A stretch of DNA of 63,821 nt, filler included, from Lama guanicoe (taxonomy: Eukaryota): assembly GCA_013239625.1 (NCBI GenBank). It is 147 parts of 147 records of this genome, joined end to end, with 100 filler letters (N's around TTAATTAATTAA, not from the genome) between each part and the next. Parts side by side here need not be neighbours in the genome. Positions count along the whole stretch, not along the records: positions 24,735 to 25,068 come from PNXV01056740.1; positions 25,169 to 25,502 come from PNXV01056741.1; positions 25,603 to 25,937 come from PNXV01056742.1; positions 26,038 to 26,372 come from PNXV01056743.1; positions 26,473 to 26,807 come from PNXV01056744.1; positions 26,908 to 27,242 come from PNXV01056745.1; positions 27,343 to 27,677 come from PNXV01056746.1; positions 27,778 to 28,112 come from PNXV01056747.1; 139 more parts are not named here. One strand, written 5' to 3'. The notes beneath the pieces were generated by a model. That model searched no databases. It had not been told where the DNA came from and saw only the letters and a list, made by a program, of their open reading frames with translations. Shown piece by piece: positions 24,914 through 37,074 of the stretch. Position numbers and translations under genes: made by a program. The first letter of the stretch is position 1. Each line of letters opens with the position of its first letter.

Positions 24914-25168
24914 CAGGGATAGACGCTACATGTGATATGCACCAACTGATGTTGCTTTTTTTGTTGTTGTTATTAAACCAAATGGTTTCTCATTTTATTA
25001 CCGTGTCAAAGACATCTGTATACAGGGTGGCAGGTGATGTTTGACACTTCCCATTGTATGAAGTAACCNNNNNNNNNNNNNNNNNNNNNNNNNNNNNNNN
25101 NNNNNNNNNNNNTTAATTAATTAANNNNNNNNNNNNNNNNNNNNNNNNNNNNNNNNNNNNNNNNNNNN

Positions 25169-25327
25169 TTTTTTAAGACATAATGCTATTGCACACTTAG
25201 CAGACTACAGTATGGTGTAAACATACTTTATATACACCCTGGGAAACCAAAAAATCTGTGACTTTGCGATATTCACTTTCTCATTGTGTTCTGGGACTGA
25301 ATGCACCATATCTCTGTGGTGTGCCTG
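25169..25327 (+). mobile_element. Tigger1 DNA transposon 3' end with TIR and TA target site
   Basis: agacataatgctattgcacactta...gactacagtat...ctgggaaaccaaaaaat...atatctctgtggtgtgcctg|TA. Confidence 0.9.
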
Positions 25328-25709
25328 TAATCTTGAAGAAGTGTCACCTACTTAGTGTATTTTACTGCTCATTCATTTATATACACATACAAACATATAC
25401 CCAAATATATTTTCTTTAACAGCTCTCATGTTATGCATGGAAATTACTTTTAAAAATCATGATCCTATTGTCTCAATGTGTTTAAAATCAAATGTCTATG
25501 TTNNNNNNNNNNNNNNNNNNNNNNNNNNNNNNNNNNNNNNNNNNNNTTAATTAATTAANNNNNNNNNNNNNNNNNNNNNNNNNNNNNNNNNNNNNNNNNN
25601 NNTCCCTGTCTAATGGAATGAGGGGCCTAACTGGTAGATGAAAATTTATTATCAGAATGGCAGATATATTGAGGTGAATTCAACAAAACATCAAAATAAA
25701 AATTGCCAA

Positions 25710-25930
25710 CACTTATAAAGAATGTAAAAATTACTGACGCTCTTCTAAGTGCTTCACATCTATTAATTTATGTAATCCTTAGGATAGGTACTACTATTGA
25801 ACCCATTGTCAGATGAGGAAACTGAGGCACGGAGAGTTTATGTAACTTGCTCAAAACTTTGAGCTTATAAGTAGTCTTACCAGGATTTTTAACTCAGGCC
25901 ATCGAGTTCTAATATTTATGCTATTAACTT
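25710..25930 (-). mobile_element. MIR SINE
   Basis: Core cccattgtcagatgaggaaactgaggcacggagagtttatgtaacttgctcaa. Confidence 0.9.
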
Positions 25931-26080
25931 GGAAAATNNNNNNNNNNNNNNNNNNNNNNNNNNNNNNNNNNNNNNNNNNNNTTAATTAATTAANNNNNNN
26001 NNNNNNNNNNNNNNNNNNNNNNNNNNNNNNNNNNNNNACCAGACTGACCTGGGCTTTTGTTTGGGTGGATACCTGGAAAC

Positions 26081-26306
26081 CAGTGTGGAACTAAGCTCTT
26101 GAGGAGGTGATCTTGCCTTCGCTTCCCCTACCCCCGCCTCTGACATCCTGCAGCTTTGGGTTGTCACAGCTGAGGATAGGGGTGCTAGTGGCTCCTAGTG
26201 GGTAGACACCAGGGATGCTGTTCAGTACCCTACAGTGCACAGGACAGCCCCCAGCAGAAAATTGATTTGCTCCCCAATGTTACCAATGCCCGGGGAAGAA
26301 ATCCTG
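26081..26306 (+). mobile_element. MER20 (hAT-Charlie) element
   Basis: ggttgtcacagctg...ggtgctagtggctcctagtgggtagacaccagggatgctg...cctacagtgcacaggacagcccc...agaaatcctg. Confidence 0.88.
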
Positions 26307-27454
26307 CTGCAGATACATGAGGCTGGCGTGGTCCTTCGTACCGCGTGGACAGCTGTGGACCCGCCTTATAAANNNNNNNNNNNNNNNNNNNNNNNNNNNN
26401 NNNNNNNNNNNNNNNNTTAATTAATTAANNNNNNNNNNNNNNNNNNNNNNNNNNNNNNNNNNNNNNNNNNNNGTGAGTTCAGACTTGCTCCTTAAGCCCA
26501 TAAAGGACAATGAGCAAGTGAATCCTTCAAGAGAGACAAGGAAGGGGAGGGTCTTGTGGTGCTCCCACAGACTCTCCAAGCATCCAACTTGGAATTCTGA
26601 CTCAGGCTGACATCTTTGACCAAGAAACAACACAGGTTGCTTTTATTTCCTAATTTAATAAAAGACCTTTTCTTACTTCCACGGGAAGCATAACAAATCT
26701 GAGCTACTTGAAGAAGAAGGAAAATCCTCACTGAGCACCTACCCTGCACCAGGCATGTTATAAGGAACTTCATGGCTGTGATCTCAGTGACATCTGACAA
26801 GTCACTANNNNNNNNNNNNNNNNNNNNNNNNNNNNNNNNNNNNNNNNNNNNTTAATTAATTAANNNNNNNNNNNNNNNNNNNNNNNNNNNNNNNNNNNNN
26901 NNNNNNNTCTGTCTCTGAGCCAGCTTCCTGGGGAACCCAGTTCTGGGGAATTTGGCAGTCTTTAGCAAAATTATATTTGCATTTCTCCTTTGACTTGGCA
27001 ATCCCGTTTTCAGTGATATGGCAAAAATATGAAAATATACGCACAAAGGCATTTGTTACAATATATATGCAACAGTAAGAATACTAGAAAAATTTTTAGA
27101 AGAATACTTGAAATTTGAATGTCGGTCAGTAAAGAACTGAGTAAACTATACTGCATCTATACACTATATATAAGAAGATACATAGTGCATATCTCTGTAC
27201 TATTATAGAGCCACATCCAGGAAATCATTTTTAGTAGAAAAGNNNNNNNNNNNNNNNNNNNNNNNNNNNNNNNNNNNNNNNNNNNNTTAATTAATTAANN
27301 NNNNNNNNNNNNNNNNNNNNNNNNNNNNNNNNNNNNNNNNNNCCCCCTCCCTCCCTCGCTCTCTCGTTTTGTTGTTGTTTTTAAACTTTCACTCCGGCTA
27401 AACTGTATTGATCTGAAGCTTTCATCTCAGACGTCCCTCCAAAGGGTTTAACAG

Positions 27455-27677
27455 GGCTCCAGCCGCCCTACCCTCGGGGCTCGCCCGGCCGGCGCCCACG
27501 GCAGACGCCCCGGGGCGGGGCGCGGCGGGAGGGCCCGGGTCGGCGGCGGGTGGGGCCGGGCGGAGCCGGCTTCCGCACCGCGGAGCCCCCGTGCTCGCCC
27601 CGGATCAGCCGCTCCAGTCCTTGGGGCAGCTGCCCGGGGAGGCCGCGGAGCGGCGGCAGTTGGGCATGGGGACGGGG
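27455..27677. promoter_or_regulatory. CpG island with multiple GC boxes
   Basis: GGGGCGGGGC and GGGCGGAG boxes with very high CpG density. Gene not identifiable. Confidence 0.7.
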
Positions 27678-28212
27678 NNNNNNNNNNNNNNNNNNNNNNN
27701 NNNNNNNNNNNNNNNNNNNNNTTAATTAATTAANNNNNNNNNNNNNNNNNNNNNNNNNNNNNNNNNNNNNNNNNNNNTGTTTCACTACCCATCAGTGCAT
27801 CGGACATCCCACCGAAAACATTGATAAGTTTGACAACAGAGTTATCTGAAAAGTAAATAAAAGAGGTCTAAGAACTCTTATTCCTAGAATCACAGGAATT
27901 GATCTTTCCCTTAAGAACTTAAAAGTGTTCATGCTGCCACGTTACACCACATTCTGTGGTGACGGATGGTCCCCCAAGTGAGCTATCAGTGTTGTTTTAT
28001 ATCCTTACTATGCTAATAAACCCTATTTTTACTACCATTCTACTGACCATTCCATGATTTTACTAGCAAGCTGACATTGTACAAGTATTTCCATTCTAAT
28101 AAGAAAATTGAANNNNNNNNNNNNNNNNNNNNNNNNNNNNNNNNNNNNNNNNNNNNTTAATTAATTAANNNNNNNNNNNNNNNNNNNNNNNNNNNNNNNN
28201 NNNNNNNNNNNN

Positions 28213-28300
28213 CAAGGTCCTGGGTTCAATCCCAGTGTCTCCATTAAATAAAATAAATAAACAAACCTAACTACCTCCATCTCCCCTCAAAAGCAAAAAT
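28213..28300 (+). mobile_element. vic-1-like SINE 3' half and tail
   Basis: aggtcctgggttcaatcccagtgtctccattaaataaaataaataaacaaacctaactacctcc (B-box plus family-specific tail). Confidence 0.85.
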
Positions 28301-31300
28301 AGGCTGTGGAAGTGTCCAAAACGGGGATGACTGAGAAGCACAGGACCCTGTGCCATGTCACTACGGACAAGCCCCCTTTTGTTCTGTGGTGCTGGCCCCC
28401 GATCTGCTGCTCCTCTGTCCTCTCTCCAGACACAGAGGCCTCCCTGCTGGCTGCTATGCCCTCCTCTGCCAGGTCTCTGATTTTCTGAGATGCTCACGCA
28501 TCTGTTGAGTGAAAACCTAAGCCAGACTCCAGCCTGAGACCATTACTNNNNNNNNNNNNNNNNNNNNNNNNNNNNNNNNNNNNNNNNNNNNTTAATTAAT
28601 TAANNNNNNNNNNNNNNNNNNNNNNNNNNNNNNNNNNNNNNNNNNNNGCCACTAGCTCTGCGGTGAGCTGCACAGGTGAGGGCAGCAGGAGTCAGGAGAA
28701 CACAAGCTCCCTAAGCAGCTCCAAGGGCGCGAAGCTGCGGGGTCGAGGGTGCGGGAGGATTTTCTGAGTAACTGAGCTCACTGGGCACTAGACAGACCTA
28801 GTCAGGAAAGGAGTCATTTCCTGATTGCCTGTGGGGAGAGGAAGCTTGAGTCTTTAGGTGGAGCAGTCTGGATGGGATCCAAAACAAGAGAGGAAAGTGA
28901 GGGCAGAGCGTTCTCCTGAGGGGCAGACAGAGGGCACCTTCCATCCCCACAGCGGAGTCTCCTCCATCCTTGTAGGGAGTGCNNNNNNNNNNNNNNNNNN
29001 NNNNNNNNNNNNNNNNNNNNNNNNNNTTAATTAATTAANNNNNNNNNNNNNNNNNNNNNNNNNNNNNNNNNNNNNNNNNNNNGGGTCTAGAGAAAGTGTT
29101 GACCATCCAAAGTCCCGCATTTCAGCTGAGAGACTGCATTTGCACGCACTGTGTAAGTGTGAAATCTCCAGCAAGATACATGGGTAGAGAACACACAGTC
29201 ACAGGTGCGCTGACGCAGGTTTTATCGAACCAGGGACTCTGGGAACTATGTTTCTGAACACTGAAAACAACCCTGGAAGGCAGATTTAACTTTCGGGAGG
29301 TCAGATAAGGGAAAAAAGAAGTGAATACCTCAGAAGATAAATAAGTTGCTTCAGTTAAAAAACCAGGCGTTTGCAAACCCAGGACCTGGGGCAGAGCCGG
29401 CCCTAAATCTGAGGCTCNNNNNNNNNNNNNNNNNNNNNNNNNNNNNNNNNNNNNNNNNNNNTTAATTAATTAANNNNNNNNNNNNNNNNNNNNNNNNNNN
29501 NNNNNNNNNNNNNNNNNTCTTTGAACAGTTCCTAAACTCAGAAGCATCAGGTTATCCGAGATTTAGTTTCTCTCTGAAATAGAAGTAATAGTTAATCAAA
29601 TTATAACCAGCCCCAGTTCCAGCTGTCACAGATTTTTCAGGCCACGCAAACCATACACCTTAGCAAGTCATCTGTTTGTTCACTTACTCAAACAAACAAA
29701 CATTTATTCAATCACTCTTATTCCAATAGCATAACAGTAAATTTTATGTTCTTTATATTGGGAAAAAATTCCATTCTCTTAACATTGGATTAACACAGTA
29801 AGGATCCAGAATCTTCTTTAAAATGGATTTGGCTTCATCAGCAAAATTCTTTNNNNNNNNNNNNNNNNNNNNNNNNNNNNNNNNNNNNNNNNNNNNTTAA
29901 TTAATTAANNNNNNNNNNNNNNNNNNNNNNNNNNNNNNNNNNNNNNNNNNNNTAGCCAACAATGTACTTACATTTACAGTATCATTTTGAAATAGATACT
30001 CTAAGAATGTTTGTTTATACTCAGGATAAAAATTACACGAAATTAAGTGATTATTTGAACATCCCTCAGATGAATAACTGGCAAGACGTGGACCCGGTCT
30101 TCTGTGCAGGATGTGTCGTTGGGACTGGCCTTCTTGCTGTGGAGCTGCCTGGACTGCTGCTCGCACACGAATAATCCCTCGACATTCTAAGTATTGTGCT
30201 TACTCTTATTTAACTCTCATCAATGACTGAATGCAGGTTTGTTTTTAAAACTGCATCTTTGAAGATCTCAGCTTGGAAGTTTTCCCCNNNNNNNNNNNNN
30301 NNNNNNNNNNNNNNNNNNNNNNNNNNNNNNNTTAATTAATTAANNNNNNNNNNNNNNNNNNNNNNNNNNNNNNNNNNNNNNNNNNNNGGCTGGAAAGGAG
30401 AGCACTGAAAGAAGCAGCATCTATCAAACCCCCGCTCTTTCAGAGACGTCTTATTTTTGAGATCTGTGAAATTTATATGTTTTACACATACCCATTCAAT
30501 AGTCCTTAACCAAGGGTTGTAACAGAATCTCAGGGAAGTATTTCTAAATACCTGTATCCAGACCTGAGTACATTTATTCAATCAAGATCTTCAGGGGAGA
30601 GCCAGGAGGAAAAGCAGGATGACCAGCTTTGCCATCACTTGCTCCTCACCTACAGCCACAGCCCCACAGGGGAGCTACACCAGGCTGAGCATGGAAGACC
30701 CCAAGGTGTACATGGAGAGCCANNNNNNNNNNNNNNNNNNNNNNNNNNNNNNNNNNNNNNNNNNNNTTAATTAATTAANNNNNNNNNNNNNNNNNNNNNN
30801 NNNNNNNNNNNNNNNNNNNNNNTGGTAAAGAGCATAGCCTTTTTGAGGAAGATTCTTCTGAGATCAAATCTCAGCTTTGCCACTTATAATGTAAACTTTA
30901 GCAAAACAAGACTTTCTCAAGTTTTGTGAAATGGGGAAGGGTGGAGATATTTTCAAGATCAAATGAAACAATCTGTATAAGCTTTTAGACAATTCAATGC
31001 CCATAAATCTTTATTATTTGAGTCTTAAATTATAATAGAACTCATTACTTGGCATAGAGTGTTAAGCTAATAATATACAAGTTTGTTTTCTAAGTAAATG
31101 TATTTATAAATAATATATCAACTAGCTTTAGGAAGGATTATATATAATTCTCTATGCNNNNNNNNNNNNNNNNNNNNNNNNNNNNNNNNNNNNNNNNNNN
31201 NTTAATTAATTAANNNNNNNNNNNNNNNNNNNNNNNNNNNNNNNNNNNNNNNNNNNNTCTTCCCTTTTCTCCAGAATCGCCAGATTTTGCAGCTTGGGTG

Positions 31301-31692
31301 TTATCAATTGACTCTACTGAATGGAACCCACCGATTAAAATTTTTAAAAAGCCGGGAGACTGGGATCTGCCTTCAGGTCGAATCATCTTCGGTTTTTGCT
31401 GTTTATCTTGAACTCCTTTACCTCCCGGTGATAACCTTAATAGATAGTTTCCAGTACATCTTCCTTTAGTTTCTTGATGAAAATGCCAGACATTTCAGGT
31501 TGTGAGTGGGACTCATTAATCCTGCCGCCTCAGGCCTTGTGTCCAGCGCGCCTGGGGTGAACGTGGGAGCCGCCCGGCCTTGGAGCATCAGTNNNNNNNN
31601 NNNNNNNNNNNNNNNNNNNNNNNNNNNNNNNNNNNNTTAATTAATTAANNNNNNNNNNNNNNNNNNNNNNNNNNNNNNNNNNNNNNNNNNNN

Positions 31693-32027
31693 TATTGTAT
31701 CCAGGTTTACCTTTTCCAGAATGCCATGTAGTTATAATCATACTGTATGTAGCCTTCTCAGATTATCTTCATTTACTTAGTAATAATTCCCTTAAGTTTC
31801 CTCCATATCTTTTCATGGATTGACAGCTCATGCCTTTTGAGAGCTGAATAATATTCCATTGCATAGATGTACCACAGTTAATTTATCCATTTACCTGCTG
31901 AAAGACAGCTGCTTCCAAGTTTTGGCAATTATGAATAAAACTGCCATAAACATCTGTGTGCAGGTTTTTGTGTGGATGTAAGTTTTCAACTCCTTTATGT
32001 AAATACCAAATTGTATGGTAAGAGCAT
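31693..32027 (-). mobile_element. L1MC/MD-like 3' region
   Basis: cttttccagaatgccat...gtatgtagccttctcagatt...gctgaataatattccattg...tgcttccaagttttggcaattatgaataaa. Confidence 0.9.
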
Positions 32028-32127
32028 NNNNNNNNNNNNNNNNNNNNNNNNNNNNNNNNNNNNNNNNNNNNTTAATTAATTAANNNNNNNNNNNNNNNNN
32101 NNNNNNNNNNNNNNNNNNNNNNNNNNN

Positions 32128-32295
32128 GCCCTTCTCCGTGGCCACGGTGGCTTCGGTGGCCGCGGTGGCCGCGGCGGCCGCCCCCTCCTCCTTAGAGGTG
32201 GACGGCCCCGGCTGCTCGTCCTCTACGACCACGATCGTGGCGGTCGCATCAGAGGCTGCCACGGTGGCTGCCACTGCGGCGGTGTCCGGCTCCAT
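32128..32295 (-). CDS. SMARCA1: SMARCA1 (SNF2L) first coding exon, truncated at contig end
   Basis: MEPDTAAVAATVAASDATATIVVVEDEQPGPSTSKEEGAAAAATAATEATVATEKG versus recalled human MEQDTAAVAATVAAADATATIVVIEDEQPGPSTSQEEGAAAAATEATAATEKG. Kozak gccATGG at 32295. Confidence 0.93.
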
Positions 32296-32462
32296 GGCGT
32301 GGGAGCGGGAACGAGGAGGGGGACGAGCAAGGGGACGAGGGCTCCTGGGCGGCGGCAGTGGCTGCACTGGAAAGAGCTAGATGGAGCAGGGGTGGGGAAT
32401 CACTCGCTTCCAACCCCTTCGCTCGGCCCCCCCTTCTTTAAATAACCCTCAACCCTGCCCCA
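32296..32462 (-). promoter_or_regulatory. SMARCA1: SMARCA1 5' UTR and proximal promoter with TATA-like TATTTAAA
   Basis: Directly upstream of the ATG. TATTTAAA on the minus strand at 32437-32444, in GC-rich context. Confidence 0.6.
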
Positions 32463-32562
32463 NNNNNNNNNNNNNNNNNNNNNNNNNNNNNNNNNNNNNN
32501 NNNNNNTTAATTAATTAANNNNNNNNNNNNNNNNNNNNNNNNNNNNNNNNNNNNNNNNNNNN

Positions 32563-32897
32563 CCCCGATGGTTTTCAGGGAGAAGTTTTTACAGGCAAAA
32601 TCTGAGGTCAGGGTTGCAGGGTGTGTGACTTTCTGCTGACTGGTTGGTGGTGAGGTAACAGGGTGACGTTCCAGGAATCTTAGCAGGGCCTGAAGTTACC
32701 ATCCTCCGCCTGGGTGGGGGCCACAGCTCCAGCAGGAGAACTCAGGTATTGTTACGTGTATCCCTTGAGGAGGAACCAGGACCCTGCCCCAAGGCTGCAC
32801 TGCTGTTTCTTGACTGCTCCTCCTTCGTTTCTGCATCCCTTCCTTTCCCAGATTAGCAACTGTTTGAAACTGCCCTTTGGAACTCAGGGAAGGTCAA
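32563..32897 (-). mobile_element. ERV1-type LTR fragment
   Basis: tgcagggtgtgtgactttctgctgactggttggtggtgaggtaacag...cccttgaggaggaaccaggaccctgccccaaggctgcact...gccctttggaactcagggaaggtca. Confidence 0.75.
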
Positions 32898-33432
32898 NNN
32901 NNNNNNNNNNNNNNNNNNNNNNNNNNNNNNNNNNNNNNNNNTTAATTAATTAANNNNNNNNNNNNNNNNNNNNNNNNNNNNNNNNNNNNNNNNNNNNGTA
33001 TAAAGTTCAAGAAAAGAGCATCAAAAATAATTATAGCTCCTATAATATGGCAATGAATACAAATGTAAAAAGAGATAGCAAGGAGATCAAAAATAAAAAT
33101 GGCCTAAGGGGGAAAGCCTTTGTGGATGGTCAAAGTTAAGCTACTATAAGCTTAAAGTGGACTTTTTATTTATGTGTTTTATATAAGCTTTGTGATAACC
33201 ACAAAGCAAAAACCTAGATTAGATCCACAAAATATGTATCAACAAAAGTAAACAGCATACCACCATGGAAAGTCACCAATTTGGAAGGCAGAAATGGAGG
33301 GGGAAAGAAACAATGAAAATACAAAAAAAAAANNNNNNNNNNNNNNNNNNNNNNNNNNNNNNNNNNNNNNNNNNNNTTAATTAATTAANNNNNNNNNNNN
33401 NNNNNNNNNNNNNNNNNNNNNNNNNNNNNNNN

Positions 33433-33766
33433 TTACCCAGGACATTTTTCACAGAACTAGAACATAATCCTAAAATTTATACTGAATCACAAAAGACCCA
33501 GAATTGCCAAAGCAATACTGAAGAAAACCAACAAAGCTGGAGGAATAAACCCTCCCAGGCTTCAGACAATTCTATAGAGCTACAGTAATCAAAACAGCAC
33601 AGTATTGGCACAGAAACAGACGTATGGAGCAATGGAACAGAATAGAGCAGTAAACAGAATAAACCCACACACCTACAGTCTATTGATCTTCAACAAAGAA
33701 AGCAAGAATATACAATGGAGAAAAGACTGCCTCTTCAGCAAGTGGTGTTGGGAAAGTTGGACAGCT
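33433..33766 (+). mobile_element. LINE-1 ORF2 fragment
   Basis: Translation [36 protein letters not shown]. Confidence 0.95.
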
Positions 33767-34736
33767 NNNNNNNNNNNNNNNNNNNNNNNNNNNNNNNNNN
33801 NNNNNNNNNNTTAATTAATTAANNNNNNNNNNNNNNNNNNNNNNNNNNNNNNNNNNNNNNNNNNNNCACTTTCTAAGTTTCAAACAGTAAGTATTTATAA
33901 CTTTTTAAAAATTATGAAGGCAACTATTTACCCTGGTTTAGTGGTTCAGGCTGAGGTTGCATTCATGGAGACCCGAGAGTTTGTTTGGTTTTTCCTCCTA
34001 TTTGAGGATATTTAAATTACTGTCTTGGGGTCTTATTTTGTTCATCTACTTGAAAAGGGCATGCTGTATCTAGAATTACAGGCTCATTGTAAGAAGAAAA
34101 ACTCCTCTGAAAGATGGATTGATAAACACATTTGTACCATCGACTTTTGATCAGTGTCATTTAATCTTGGTTTTATGATTCTAGTGTCAAATTCTCCCAA
34201 ANNNNNNNNNNNNNNNNNNNNNNNNNNNNNNNNNNNNNNNNNNNNTTAATTAATTAANNNNNNNNNNNNNNNNNNNNNNNNNNNNNNNNNNNNNNNNNNN
34301 NTGCCAAGCTGACTTGGCATCTAACCAGGGAGGGCAAGAGAAGGAGCAAAACTGGAGGAGGCCTGCCCCCTCGCCCTGAGCTCAGCGCGTGGTGTCGCGG
34401 GCGGCGTCTCCCCCAGCAGCCCCCACACCGCCTGCTGTGGGGTGAGCTGTCAGGAAGCTCTGTTCCTCAATAAGTTTACTACTCTATTTGGGGCAGACCC
34501 TAAAGCAGCAACCTGGTCTGAGCGGTTCACATACCCACCCCGGCCCGCTAGGCGGGTCCCGCTCAGTCCGGCACCCCGCCCCACCCCGGAAGGGGAATGT
34601 GCGTCACAGCTCTTGGCTGAGAACAGGCTTCCTGTANNNNNNNNNNNNNNNNNNNNNNNNNNNNNNNNNNNNNNNNNNNNTTAATTAATTAANNNNNNNN
34701 NNNNNNNNNNNNNNNNNNNNNNNNNNNNNNNNNNNN

Positions 34737-35071
34737 TAAAAGGACACAAGAAAGTAGAAAGTAAGAGTATGGAAAAAGATGTATCATGCAAACACTAATC
34801 AAAAGGAAGTTGGTGTTGTTATATTAATATCAGACAAAAGAGACTTTAAGGCAGAAAGAATTGCTACAAATGAAGAGCAAAATTTTATAATGATGAGGGT
34901 TAATCTACCAGAAAGATATGAAAGTTCTGAATTTATAATTCACTTAATAACAAAACTTCAAAATACAGAAAGCAGACACTGTCAAAACTGAACAGAGAAA
35001 TAAATTCTCAATCATAATGTGGTAATGTAACACATATCTGTCAGTAACTGGTAAAATAAGGAGATAAAAAA
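34737..35071 (+). mobile_element. LINE-1 ORF2 endonuclease fragment
   Basis: Translation MYHANTNQKEVGVVILISDKRDFK. Confidence 0.9.
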
Positions 35072-36041
35072 NNNNNNNNNNNNNNNNNNNNNNNNNNNNN
35101 NNNNNNNNNNNNNNNTTAATTAATTAANNNNNNNNNNNNNNNNNNNNNNNNNNNNNNNNNNNNNNNNNNNNAATATAATCAGTCATGATTCTAGTCACTA
35201 CAAACAAGTCTCTTTATCAATCACAGATGTTTAGCCATGCCCTGTAAGTCTTTTTGTCGTTACAGACTGTCAAACTGTTGTTACAAAGGCGTCTCATCTT
35301 TAAGAAAATTCATCCGAAGTCAATGGAAACAGGGGGTTACAGCAGCCCCCCATCAGATGCTGGCTGTGCGAGGATTCCAGCCCGCACCCTCAGCCCTCGG
35401 ATGCAAAAACAAAAGGCTGTCCTGCCCCTGGGGCCCCCAGACTAGACATTCAGAACTTTTTTACTCCCTAATAGGCAGGGTCAACGCCCCTACTCAGCCT
35501 GGAAGTNNNNNNNNNNNNNNNNNNNNNNNNNNNNNNNNNNNNNNNNNNNNTTAATTAATTAANNNNNNNNNNNNNNNNNNNNNNNNNNNNNNNNNNNNNN
35601 NNNNNNATAGTGTTTGAGTGAATAAGCAAATCCCAAACCAGGTGACCCTCCACCCGCCTCCAGAGGTTCCTCAGCCACATGCCTTTCCTCTTCTCTGACT
35701 TGTGTGAGTCTCAGCGAGATAGGAGACCAAGGAACACATGAATGGATTTGCCTGTTTTATGAAGCTTTGGGCTCTTTAGGAATAATTTCTATTTTCTTGT
35801 GTACTTTCGAGCGGAGGGATGGACCGAGGGCGGGCGGGCACCTGGAGTGGAGGTGCGCTGGCTGCAGGGGGCCTGGGAGGGGAGGGGTGCGTGTCTGCAG
35901 GGCTTTTTCTTTCCAAAAGTTTTCTCTTGCTCTCTGCCACTNNNNNNNNNNNNNNNNNNNNNNNNNNNNNNNNNNNNNNNNNNNNTTAATTAATTAANNN
36001 NNNNNNNNNNNNNNNNNNNNNNNNNNNNNNNNNNNNNNNNN

Positions 36042-36360
36042 TTTTTTTTAAGCAGTTCAAACTTTTTCCCCAGCTTTGTTGAGATATAATTGACATGTAA
36101 CATTATATAGTTGAAGACGCAGTACCTGGTGGTTGGCTGTGCATACACATTGCGAAATGATGACTGCAGCAAGGTTTGTTAACGCTTCCGTCACCCGAGT
36201 TAGTTCTGTTTTTGTGATGAGATCTTTTAAGATCTACTCTTAGCAAGTATCAAGTGTATAATACCGTGCTGTTAACGGTGGTCATCATGCCGTACGAACA
36301 TCCCTGCAACTTACTCATCTCAGCACCTGGAAAGTTGTTCCCTTCGACCAACATTTACCT
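36042..36360 (-). mobile_element. LINE-1 3' UTR end (L1MA/MB-like)
   Basis: cagctttgttgagatataattgacat...ttttaagatctactcttagcaa...tcaagtgtataatac. Confidence 0.88.
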
Positions 36361-37074
36361 GTAAGTAAACCACCTCNNNNNNNNNNNNNNNNNNNNNNNN
36401 NNNNNNNNNNNNNNNNNNNNTTAATTAATTAANNNNNNNNNNNNNNNNNNNNNNNNNNNNNNNNNNNNNNNNNNNNCTCGCTGGTGTCTGGGTTGCCTAG
36501 ATCCTCTCTACATATTCCCTTCTCACATCAGCAATCTTACCCCATTTCCTGCCTTTTATGTTATTTCGTACATAAACTAGAGGAATCAATTGTACGCTCA
36601 CCTAGGATAAATAATTCAAAGAGTTCTTAGGATTTTGTACTCTTAATTAAATTCTAAATTAAGAAACTTACCCTTGAATATAAACTTAGAATTGTTATGA
36701 AATCATTAAGGTCTAAAGAGTTGTAATAAAAGTATTATTCATCATAAAACACTGCTAATTTGCCAGCTTGTCGAAGTTCTAATTGTTTAATGTTACTAAC
36801 AGAAAAAAAAANNNNNNNNNNNNNNNNNNNNNNNNNNNNNNNNNNNNNNNNNNNNTTAATTAATTAANNNNNNNNNNNNNNNNNNNNNNNNNNNNNNNNN
36901 NNNNNNNNNNNTTATTGGATTCTAGATTTGCAATGGGCGAGTTCTATGATATGTAAATTACACCATGATAAATGTGTTAGAAAAGATTTCATGAACTCTA
37001 GAGCCTTTTTCTGTACTAAGTTGGCTACACGCCTATGATCATATTTATTTTCTCTGTGTGTGTCATCTTTTAAG

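Noticed and set aside
32138..32380. Plus-strand Ala-rich ORF
   Set aside because: It is the antisense shadow of the SMARCA1 coding exon.
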